The notes below the pieces were generated by a model. That model made no database searches. It was not told the DNA's origin and saw only the letters and a list, made by a program, of their open reading frames with translations. DNA of 60,685 bases, filler included, from a candidate division WOR-3 bacterium (GTDB lineage Bacteria > SDB-A), in the NCBI GenBank assembly GCA_016934535.1. It is 4 parts of 4 records of this genome, joined end to end, with 100 filler letters (N's around TTAATTAATTAA, not from the genome) between each part and the next. Parts side by side here need not be neighbours in the genome. Positions count along the whole stretch, not along the records: positions 21,912 to 47,299 come from JAFGSQ010000050.1; 3 more parts are not named here. One strand, 5' to 3'. Position 1 is the stretch's first letter, and each line of letters opens with the position of its first letter. Shown here one piece after another: positions 39,193-47,399 of this stretch. A program made the position numbers and the translations under genes.

Positions 39193-40737
39193 TCACAAAA
39201 ACCTTCTTTTGTCCACTTGCATATAATTCAAGGCTTCAGCAACGTGTTCGCGCTTCACAACATGGCTGGAATCGAGGTCGGCGATGGTCCTTGAAATTCT
39301 CAGAACCTTGTCGTAAGCTCTTGCCGTCATCGTCAGTTTTTTCAACGCTTCTGTGAGGTAAGACATGGCGGGATTTTCAAGCCCGCAGTATTTCTGAAGC
39401 TTAGCACCCGGAATTTGTGAATTGCATAAAATGTTCGTCTCTGATTCAAATCTTTTGGTTTGAATACTTCGCGCTTCTGTTACTCTGCTTTTAATGTCGC
39501 GAGAAGATTCAGTCGCTTTTGATTCTAGTATTTCTTCGAAAGAAAGAGACGGCACGTCGACGTGGATATCTATCCTGTCGAGGATCGGACCGGAAATTTT
39601 CGCAAGATATTTCCTGACTTCGCCGGATGAACACGTACACTGTCTGAAGCGGTCGCCCCTGAAACCGCACGGACAGGGATTCATTGCACCCAAAAGCACA
39701 AACTTTGAAGGGTAAGCTACTGATCCCTTCATTCTCGATATTGTAACGAAACCGTCTTCAATAGGCTGTCTGAGAGACTCTACTGTTTTTTTTGAAAATT
39801 CAGGAAACTCATCGAGAAAAAGGACACCGTTATGAGCAAGACTCACTTCTCCCGGTTTAGGATCGCTTCCGCCTCCAACTATTGCCACGTGCGAAGCGGT
39901 GTGGTGAGGAGAACGAAAAGGCCTTTCTTTGACAACCGGTTTATCGCGAGAAAGTAATCCCGCTGCCGACCATACAAGTGAGGTCTGTAAAGATTCCTCT
40001 TCTGTCATATCAGGCATGATTGAAGAATACCTTCTGGCTAGCATTGTTTTACCGGCTCCAGGTGGTCCGGACAACAGAATGTTGTGACTGCCTGCTGCTG
40101 ATATTTCAAAAGCTCTTCTGGCGAAAGACTGACCCTTGATCTCATTGAAATCGAACTCGTATTCAGGGATGTTTTGAGTATTTTCAATGTTTTCGCAAAG
40201 GAATCGTCCGTTTTTGAAATCGCTCAAAATAACTTCGAGAGTCTGACGGAGACTCGCTACGGGGAATACACGAACTCCTTTAATCATACAAGCTTCATTT
40301 TCATTACCCGAAGGCAAAATGATCTTTTTCACTTTTTTTGCTTTTAAACCGGCTATTATTGGCAATACACCGCTGACAGGCCTGCAAGTTCCGTCGAGAG
40401 ACAACTCTCCTATAACTGCAGCGTCTTCAGTTACTTTTTTTATGCCTCTCGATGCAAGAATAACTGATACGGCTATAGGCAGATCAAAAGATGTTCCCTC
40501 TTTTCTGACATCGGCGGGTGCCAGGTTGACCGTAATTTTCTTCACCGGAAATTCAAGGCCGGAATTGTAGATAGCCGCCTGAACCCTGTCTCTGCTTTCT
40601 TTCACTGAAGAGTCAGGAAGTCCTACAATACCAAATGAAGGAATGCCTTTCAGAAGATTCACTTCGACTTTGACCAATACTCCTTCAATACCGTTGAGCA
40701 CGGAGCTGAAAAGTACAGAATACATAGGTTGCTTCAA
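39193..40737 (-). CDS. comM: YifB/ComM Mg-chelatase-like AAA+ ATPase
   Basis: VKESRDRV, NLAPADVRKEG, GPPGAGKTM, RPFRSPHH, GEVSLAHNGVLFLDE and NPCPCG. Confidence 0.95.
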   Translation of the reverse strand: MKQPMYSVLFSSVLNGIEGVLVKVEVNLLKGIPSFGIVGLPDSSVKESRDRVQAAIYNSGLEFPVKKITVNLAPADVRKEGTSFDLPIAVSVILASRGIKKVTEDAAVIGELSLDGTCRPVSGVLPIIAGLKAKKVKKIILPSGNENEACMIKGVRVFPVASLRQTLEVILSDFKNGRFLCENIENTQNIPEYEFDFNEIKGQSFARRAFEISAAGSHNILLSGPPGAGKTMLARRYSSIMPDMTEEESLQTSLVWSAAGLLSRDKPVVKERPFRSPHHTASHVAIVGGGSDPKPGEVSLAHNGVLFLDEFPEFSKKTVESLRQPIEDGFVTISRMKGSVAYPSKFVLLGAMNPCPCGFRGDRFRQCTCSSGEVRKYLAKISGPILDRIDIHVDVPSLSFEEILESKATESSRDIKSRVTEARSIQTKRFESETNILCNSQIPGAKLQKYCGLENPAMSYLTEALKKLTMTARAYDKVLRISRTIADLDSSHVVKREHVAEALNYMQVDKRRFL

Positions 40738-40846
40738 TTTTATGGCCGTCGATTGTTAAAACTATGAATCAAGTTATAATACATGCTAATATGCTTGTTT
40801 TCAAGGACTATGGCAGTTACCGGACAAGATTTCGAAAGGAGAAAAG

Positions 40847-41581
40847 ATGATATCGGCAAAGGAAGTTATTAAAATACTTGACGATTTTGGGAATAAAAAG
40901 CCTTCTGACGCTTTATCGCCCGGTGATTTGAGACCTTACATTGAACACACTTGCCTTTCAGCAGATACGACAGAGGATACAGTCTTAAAAACATCCAAAG
41001 AAGCAGTTGAAGCGCCTTTTTACGCTTTGTGCGTTCCTCCTTCTCGAGTGCGTTTTGCAAAAGACTTGATACAGGGATCGGGTGTAAAAATAGTGACAGT
41101 GATCTCTTTTCCGATGGGGTATTCATCGGCATTAATTAAAGCCGCCGAAGCTTCTTACGCGAGAGATTGCGGTGCCGATGAAATCGACATGGTGATGAAC
41201 ATAGGAAGCGTTCTCGAGGGGAATTACACGCGAGTTGAAAAAGAGGTAAAAGCTGTTGTAGCGGCCCTGGGGGAAAAAATCCCGGTTAAAGTCATTCTAG
41301 AAACGGCTCTCCTTGAACGTGAACAGATTGTAATTTCGGCTTTTTGCGCCGCTTTGAACGGGGCTTCTTTCGTAAAGACTTCCACCGGATTTTCCACAAG
41401 AGGCGCTTCCATAGAAGACGTGTCGCTCCTGAAATCAACTGCGGATTTTGTGGAGCTGAATTACGGAATAAAAATCAAGATAAAGGCTTCGGGCGGCATA
41501 AAAGACAAAAAATTCGCCAAAACCCTGATAGCGTCGGGAGCGGAGAGGATAGGTTCGTCAAAATCCATGTCTCTTATTTGA
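40847..41581 (+). CDS. deoC: Deoxyribose-phosphate aldolase
   Basis: EHT.L, GADEIDMV, KVILET, FVKTSTGF and KASGGI. Confidence 0.95.
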   Translation: MISAKEVIKILDDFGNKKPSDALSPGDLRPYIEHTCLSADTTEDTVLKTSKEAVEAPFYALCVPPSRVRFAKDLIQGSGVKIVTVISFPMGYSSALIKAAEASYARDCGADEIDMVMNIGSVLEGNYTRVEKEVKAVVAALGEKIPVKVILETALLEREQIVISAFCAALNGASFVKTSTGFSTRGASIEDVSLLKSTADFVELNYGIKIKIKASGGIKDKKFAKTLIASGAERIGSSKSMSLI

Positions 41582-41588
41582 AATGAGA

Positions 41589-42584
41589 TCAGACAAACTT
41601 CAATCTCGGATCGGCTTTTTGTGAAAAACTATGGGATGCATAATTTCTCTTGTAAACAAATTGACCGAGATAAGCTATCATGGCGGCATTGTCACCGCAA
41701 TATTCCTTTTTGGGCCTGAAGACTCTGAATCTCTTTGATCCGGACTCCAAAGAGAATCTTTTATAAAGGATGTCGTTTGCCGCAACTCCTCCAGTCAGCA
41801 GTAATCTTCGGCATTTATACGCCTTCAAGGATTCAAGGGATTTAACCATCAGCGATTCAATCATTGCTTCGAGAAAAGAAGCCGCTATGTCATTTTTTTT
41901 CTCTGTAATCTCTTCAGCGTTCATTTCCCTCAAGGCATAAAGAACCGCAGTCTTAAGACCGGAATAACTGAATTCAAAACCTGGCAGAGCAGGTCGAGGA
42001 AATTTTATGTATTGAGAGCTGCCTTTTTCGGCAAGTTTTTCCATTTCAGGACCGGCGGGATATTTCAAACCAAGAAGAGTCCCAACCTTGTCAATGGCCT
42101 CTCCGGCAGCGTCGTCCCTCGTCGCACCTATTAATTCGTATTCTCCGTGACCTTTCACAAGGACCAGCAAAGTGTTACCCCCGGAAATAATGAGAGAGAT
42201 GAACGGAAATTCCAATTCCTCGCAGTCGAGAAGACCGGCGTATACGTGGCCTTCAAGGTGATTTACGCCTACGTAAGGTTTTTCGGTACAAAAAGCCCAG
42301 GTCTTTGCAAAAACATACCCCGTTAGAAGAGATCCAATAAGACCCGGTCCCTTGGTGACGGAAACCAGCTCAATGTCTTTTTCTCCTATACCGGATATCT
42401 TCAGGGCTTTGTAGAACAAAGGCAGTATATGCCTTAAGTGCTCCCTGCTCGCCAGTTCTGGGACCACTCCTCCGAATTCAGAATGGATCCCTTGCTCCAT
42501 TTTCACGTTAGAGAGGACTTCTTTTCCAGATAAAACCGCGACGGATGTGTCGTCGCATGAAGTTTCAATTCCGAGAGCGAGCAT
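41589..42584 (-). CDS. tsaD: tRNA N6-adenosine threonylcarbamoyltransferase
   Basis: LGIETSCDDT, GGVVPELASREH, NHLEGH, DDAAGEA and DNAAMIA. Confidence 0.97.
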   Translation of the reverse strand: MLALGIETSCDDTSVAVLSGKEVLSNVKMEQGIHSEFGGVVPELASREHLRHILPLFYKALKISGIGEKDIELVSVTKGPGLIGSLLTGYVFAKTWAFCTEKPYVGVNHLEGHVYAGLLDCEELEFPFISLIISGGNTLLVLVKGHGEYELIGATRDDAAGEAIDKVGTLLGLKYPAGPEMEKLAEKGSSQYIKFPRPALPGFEFSYSGLKTAVLYALREMNAEEITEKKNDIAASFLEAMIESLMVKSLESLKAYKCRRLLLTGGVAANDILYKRFSLESGSKRFRVFRPKKEYCGDNAAMIAYLGQFVYKRNYASHSFSQKADPRLKFV

Positions 42585-42610
42585 GGTCTTTGCACAAGGT
42601 TAGAAAATCG

Positions 42611-43546
42611 TCATTTCGGAATGATTCTAACTTTCGGAATCTCGACCCACGCAGTTTCAACGGCTTCAATATAGGGCCACACGATTTCCAAAGAAGAAGA
42701 ATGGACTTCATTTTTTAAAGGTTCAGCAATAAGCATTATGTCTTCGGTTCTCACTTCGTCGATTAACGAAGCGGAAACAAGAGCGAAAAATTTGACCGAA
42801 TCGGGCATAGCGTAGAACCTCGAGCTCTCAGTCAGCGTCACGGGTAGTTTCCTCTCTATTAATATCAGTGAATCCATGGTAAATTCAATTACAGCAAATG
42901 AATCCCGGGAAAAAGGCCTCGTAGGCATCTGTGGGATTTTTACCTGGGCAGTGCACTGTATGTCAAAACCGAAATTGCCATTTATATCCGGAACTAGGAT
43001 CAAAGGTTTCTTCTTAAGTTCTAATAAATCTTCCCTGCCGCCTATCACCCAGGTAAAGTCCGGTCTGATTGTGTAGTCAATTATTCTCCAGTTGGATCTT
43101 GGAAGAAAGGACTCTTCAATTACGATCGGGAGATATAAACTGTCGAGGCTCTGCAGAGAAATCTTTACTATACTTTTACCCTGAGTCTCTACGCCGGTCC
43201 AATCCGAGAAAATTACATTTTCGGGGAGAATGTCTATGTAATGTTCTCCGGGATTTATATTTTGCAAGTTGAGATAGACATAGGGAGATCCGAATTTCTC
43301 GAAAAGAAAAAAATCTCTCAGAGTGCCTACAAATTCAATCTTGACCGAATTCGACAACGGTTCGTCGAACAGCAACGAATCCGGCAATTCAACAGTGATG
43401 GGCACATCGAGAATCCTGTTGTAGGGTGTCTGCAGAACGACGTAAAACCACAGTATTACAGAAGAAAAAAGAGATATGAGTTTGAATTTTAAATTGTGCC
43501 TGAATATGTTCAACACAAAATAAAGAAAAGACTTGAATTTTGACAT
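42611..43546 (-). CDS. YbbR/CdaR-like domain protein
   Basis: 'HN.KFKLISLFSSVILWFYV' N-terminal TM typical of YbbR, followed by beta-rich repeats. Confidence 0.7.
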   Translation of the reverse strand: MSKFKSFLYFVLNIFRHNLKFKLISLFSSVILWFYVVLQTPYNRILDVPITVELPDSLLFDEPLSNSVKIEFVGTLRDFFLFEKFGSPYVYLNLQNINPGEHYIDILPENVIFSDWTGVETQGKSIVKISLQSLDSLYLPIVIEESFLPRSNWRIIDYTIRPDFTWVIGGREDLLELKKKPLILVPDINGNFGFDIQCTAQVKIPQMPTRPFSRDSFAVIEFTMDSLILIERKLPVTLTESSRFYAMPDSVKFFALVSASLIDEVRTEDIMLIAEPLKNEVHSSSLEIVWPYIEAVETAWVEIPKVRIIPK

Positions 43547-43621
43547 TACTTCCTTTCAAAAATCAGCTAAATGACGATTGTATTTTATAGCAAATGATGC
43601 TATTCAACAAGATTAAAGAAG

Positions 43622-44695
43622 ATGAAACAAAAACCGTGCATAATGAGAAGAAAAACCAGATCCGTTCGAATTGGAAGTGTTGTGATAGGAAGTGGATCAC
43701 CTATAGCTATCCAATCCATGACTAACACCCCCACGAAAGATGCGATGGCTACTCTTGAACAGATATTTGAACTTCACGAAAACGGGTGTGATCTCGTAAG
43801 AGTTTCTGTGCCCGACAAAGAATCTGCTGCTGCTCTTTCGAAAATAATCCGCCGTTCTCCCATACCTGTAATCGCTGACATCCATTACGATTACAAGCTC
43901 GCTCTGAAATCACTGGACTCCGGAGTTTCGAAGATCAGGATAAATCCCGGCAATATAAACTCTCTTGAAAAAATAGACTCCGTGATAAACGCGCTCCGAA
44001 AATACTGTTCCACCGTGAGAATCGGGATTAATTCAGGATCTCTCGAAAGAGAATTAATACCAATTTATGCAGAAAATCCTTCGAAGGCTCTTTCCAAAAG
44101 CGCAGAGAAGTGGACAGATTATTTTATGAATAAAGGGGTGGAAAATCTGGTGGTGTCAATTAAATCTTCTTCTGTACAGGTGACGATAGCGGCCAACAGG
44201 ATGTTCGCAAAAAGCACAGACGTCCCCCTTCATCTCGGGATAACTGAAGCAGGAACAGTCAGATCAGGAACTGTGTTCTCGTCAGTCGGATTAGGGATTC
44301 TCCTTTACTCGGGTATTGGAGACACCTTGAGAGTTTCCCTGTCGGGAGACCCTGTCGAAGAAGTGATTGTGGCAAAAAAAATCCTGTCGTCGCTGGGTCT
44401 TTACGAGAACCTGCCCAGGGTTATCGCCTGCCCTACTTGCGCAAGATGCAGTTATGACGTCATAAAAATTTCAAGAAAAATTGAAAACAAGCTCAGTAAA
44501 ATCAAATCACCGATAACAGTCGCCGTTATGGGATGCTCTGTAAACGGACCGGGAGAAGCGAAAGAAGCCGACATAGGAATAGCAGGCGGAAAGAATTACG
44601 TACTGTTGTTTAAAAAAGGCGTCGCCGTAGCCAAATTACCGAAAGAATCGGCAGAGAGATTTCTATGGCAGGAAATAAAGAAACTTGTCACATAG
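43622..44695 (+). CDS. ispG: HMB-PP synthase (flavodoxin-dependent)
   Basis: IQSMTNT, ADIHYD, RINPGN, LHLGITEAG, CPTCARC and MGCSVNGPGEA. Confidence 0.97.
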   Translation: MKQKPCIMRRKTRSVRIGSVVIGSGSPIAIQSMTNTPTKDAMATLEQIFELHENGCDLVRVSVPDKESAAALSKIIRRSPIPVIADIHYDYKLALKSLDSGVSKIRINPGNINSLEKIDSVINALRKYCSTVRIGINSGSLERELIPIYAENPSKALSKSAEKWTDYFMNKGVENLVVSIKSSSVQVTIAANRMFAKSTDVPLHLGITEAGTVRSGTVFSSVGLGILLYSGIGDTLRVSLSGDPVEEVIVAKKILSSLGLYENLPRVIACPTCARCSYDVIKISRKIENKLSKIKSPITVAVMGCSVNGPGEAKEADIGIAGGKNYVLLFKKGVAVAKLPKESAERFLWQEIKKLVT

Positions 44696-45249
44696 CTGTA
44701 ACAGGAAAAGCCGGAACGGGAAAATCTTTAGCTGCAAACTATGTATCCGGCCTCGGTTTTCTTCTTTTGGACGCAGATAAAATTGGCCACGCGATCCTTG
44801 AATATCCCGATGTAAAAAATGAAATAGTCCGTCTCATGGGTTCAGACATTATGCAAGGCGGCATGATTGAAAGATGCAAACTGGGAGAAACTGTGTTCAA
44901 ATATCCTGAAAAACTTACACTGCTCAACAACATTGTTTGGCCAAAGATAACAGGAATTATAAAAAACAAGTTGAAAGAGCATAAAAGAACAGTTACCGAC
45001 GCCGCTGTTCTGCCTCTTTGGGGGATTGACGAGTTATTCGATGTTATCTTATATTTAAGATCCGATACGGCTCAAATCTTCGAAAGGCTGAAAAAACGCG
45101 GATGGAATACAGATAAAATTGCATCTGTTCTTAAAAATCAAGACTGGACAAAACTTCCCTCATCGTACATCATAATAAATAATGACGGAACAGCCGATGA
45201 ATTAAAAACAAGAATTTTTGAAATGCTTTCATCAAGAGGTGTTATATGA
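44665..45249 (+). CDS. coaE: Dephospho-CoA kinase
   Basis: TGKAGTGKS, DADKIGH, LNNIVWP and I.NDGT. Confidence 0.88.
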   Translation: MAGNKETCHIAVTGKAGTGKSLAANYVSGLGFLLLDADKIGHAILEYPDVKNEIVRLMGSDIMQGGMIERCKLGETVFKYPEKLTLLNNIVWPKITGIIKNKLKEHKRTVTDAAVLPLWGIDELFDVILYLRSDTAQIFERLKKRGWNTDKIASVLKNQDWTKLPSSYIIINNDGTADELKTRIFEMLSSRGVI

Positions 45250-46205
45250 TATTCGCTCTCGTTTTAACTGTCGTTTCAGCAGTACAGATAGTGCCGCCCA
45301 ATATTGAGAATCTCGTCGTCCAAGGGCTTCAATTCGCCTACCTTGAAGAATACGACAGCGCTTTCGTTTGTTTCGAAAAAGCCGCCGAATCGGCTCCCGA
45401 ACATCCCGCAGGGTATTTTTTCCTGGCATACCTTTGTGACCTTTATGACAACGACATGCTATCAAAAAAATACGAATCGGATTTCAGAGCTTATTCGGAC
45501 AAGGTTTATCACCTAAGCGACGCTCTTTCATCGAGAGATCCTGTTACCGCAAGTTTCTTCAGAGGTTCTATGCTTTTTTCCGACGCCCTGAACAACGCGC
45601 AAAATGGCAATTACGTTCGAGCTCTTTCTCTTGCCACTCCGGCTCACGAAGAACTCAAAAAAGCTTTCGAGTCAGACAACGCTTTACACGACGCGGAACT
45701 TGGTATAGGAGCATATCTTTTCCTTAAAGGTAAGCTCGAAACAACAATTTTCGGGGGCAACAGACTGCGGGACGAAGGCATCAGACACATAAGAAATTGC
45801 GCTGAAAGCGGAGAGTACCTGGACGTCGCGGCAAAGAACCTGCTCTGTCTTCTGCTCCTCGAAACAGGGAAAAAACAGGATGCTTTGAACACAATCAGCG
45901 AACTCATAGCCGTATATCCTTCAAACAGGACGTTTCATTGGGCTCTGTTGAAATGCTATATAAAATTGGGAAACGACGAAAAGATTATTGAAACGGGAAT
46001 AAAACTTGTTTCTTTGATACAAGCGGGGCCTGAAGTTCCGCCCGGAAATCTCGCCAACGCTTATTACCACGTCGCACTTTCTTACTACAATTTAAGACAG
46101 AACGACAACGCGGATATTTACTGCATGAAAGTTCTCGATCTTCCTCTCGACGATCACACGAGGGATTTTAAAAGAAAAGCACAGGATCTGGCCAGAAAAA
46201 TCTAG
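45246..46205 (+). CDS. Exported TPR protein
   Basis: Signal peptide and TPR helices (PEHPAGYFFLA, DAELGIGAY, AYYHVA). Confidence 0.75.
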   Translation: MIFALVLTVVSAVQIVPPNIENLVVQGLQFAYLEEYDSAFVCFEKAAESAPEHPAGYFFLAYLCDLYDNDMLSKKYESDFRAYSDKVYHLSDALSSRDPVTASFFRGSMLFSDALNNAQNGNYVRALSLATPAHEELKKAFESDNALHDAELGIGAYLFLKGKLETTIFGGNRLRDEGIRHIRNCAESGEYLDVAAKNLLCLLLLETGKKQDALNTISELIAVYPSNRTFHWALLKCYIKLGNDEKIIETGIKLVSLIQAGPEVPPGNLANAYYHVALSYYNLRQNDNADIYCMKVLDLPLDDHTRDFKRKAQDLARKI

Positions 46206-46276
46206 CGGGCAACGGGAATCGAACCCGCGACTTTCAGCTTGGGAAGCTGACACTCTACCGGCTGAGTTATGCCCGC
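46204..46276 (-). tRNA. tRNA-Gly(CCC), CCA not encoded
   Basis: Minus strand GCGGGCATAACTCAGCCGGTAGAGTGTCAGC-TTCCCAA-GCTGAAAGTCGCGGGTTCGATTCCCGTTGCCCGC-T. Forms a cloverleaf with anticodon CCC and discriminator U. Confidence 0.97.
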
Positions 46277-46280
46277 TTGG

Positions 46281-46541
46281 TTATTTAACCGTTTCGGGAT
46301 AAATACTGACGAATTTTTTTCTTTTTCTATTTTCGAATTTAACAATTCCGTCAATCAAAGCGAAAAGAGTGTCGTCTCTGCCCTTGCCGACATTCGTACC
46401 GGGATTGATGGGAGTTCCTCTCTGTTTGACTATAATAGAACCGGCGGAAACCTTTTCTGAAGAAAATTTTTTCACTCCAAGGAATTTCGGATTCGAATCT
46501 CTTCCGTTCCTGCTTGAGCCCACGCCTTTCTTATGCGCCAT
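46281..46541 (-). CDS. rpmA: 50S ribosomal protein L27
   Basis: [20 protein letters not shown] and GRDDTLFAL. Confidence 0.99.
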   Translation of the reverse strand: MAHKKGVGSSRNGRDSNPKFLGVKKFSSEKVSAGSIIVKQRGTPINPGTNVGKGRDDTLFALIDGIVKFENRKRKKFVSIYPETVK

Positions 46542-46550
46542 ATATTCACC

Positions 46551-46877
46551 TCAACCTATTTTTGAAATTTTAACTTCCGTGAAATATTCTCTCGAACCCG
46601 CTGTTCTGCGGTAGTTCTTTTTACTCTTCATTTTAAAAACTCTTATCTTCTTGCCCTTTTTGTGGGAAATCACTTCTCCGGTGACCTTTATGCCTTCGAT
46701 TACGGGTTCTCCGTATTTTATTTTTTCACCGTCCCTCAAAAAAAGAACCCGGTCGAATTCAAGGCTCTTTCCGGCTTCGCTGATAAAACCAGGAACTCTG
46801 ACGACATCGCCTTCCGAGACGATCTCCTGCACTCCTGAGTTTATCTCGACCACAGCGTATTTCTTTTCAATTTTCAC
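46551..46877 (-). CDS. rplU: 50S ribosomal protein L21
   Basis: YAVVEI..Q..V.EGD, KGKKIRVFK.K.KKNYRR..G.R..FT. GTG start at 46877 after AAAGGAG. Confidence 0.95.
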   Translation of the reverse strand: MKIEKKYAVVEINSGVQEIVSEGDVVRVPGFISEAGKSLEFDRVLFLRDGEKIKYGEPVIEGIKVTGEVISHKKGKKIRVFKMKSKKNYRRTAGSREYFTEVKISKIG

Positions 46878-46926
46878 AAATTCTCCTTTAATCACATATA
46901 AATGAAACCAAGAAACTCATTTCGGG

Positions 46927-47298
46927 TCAGATAGAATCCGATGAAGAGCTGTCAAGCGCTTCCACACCACCAGTTGTGTCTTCCTGAATTTCTAAAGCAG
47001 AAAGAGTATCTTTTATCGTATCCGTTGTCAATAGCAAAGATTGATAATAATCATCTTCGCCAACTCCTGAAGTATCCTCATCCGACAATCCCTGAGTATA
47101 TTCGCCTATGTAAGGTTGTAGCTCGATTCTGCCGCCCGAAGAAGATCCTGTTTCAGTAGTTGTCCCGGTTCCGGCAAACATCCTTCTAGATCCGAAAACA
47201 ACGAGACTGAGAGTCAGCAGGGCGAAAACTATGGAAAGAACGATTGTGACTTTTATAAGGAAAGAAGTTCCTCCGCTGCCTCCGAAAAGTGTATTTCC
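46927..47298 (-). CDS. secG: Preprotein translocase SecG (5'-truncated) with long acidic C-terminal tail
   Basis: The frame upstream of the 84-aa track ORF is open to the contig end and reads GNTLFGGSGGTSFLIKVTIVLSIVFALLTLSL, the SecG loop plus TM2. Confidence 0.75.
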   Translation of the reverse strand, partial: GNTLFGGSGGTSFLIKVTIVLSIVFALLTLSLVVFGSRRMFAGTGTTTETGSSSGGRIELQPYIGEYTQGLSDEDTSGVGEDDYYQSLLLTTDTIKDTLSALEIQEDTTGGVEALDSSSSDSI

Positions 47299-47299
47299 C

Positions 47300-47399
47300 N
47301 NNNNNNNNNNNNNNNNNNNNNNNNNNNNNNNNNNNNNNNNNNNTTAATTAATTAANNNNNNNNNNNNNNNNNNNNNNNNNNNNNNNNNNNNNNNNNNNN
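47300..47399. other. Artificial contig/scaffold spacer
   Basis: N44, TTAATTAATTAA, N44. Confidence 0.98.

Noticed and set aside
46541-46551. Prp (YsxB) protease between rplU and rpmA
   Set aside because: The gap is only 9 nt and L27 starts directly with MAHKK, with no cleavable extension.
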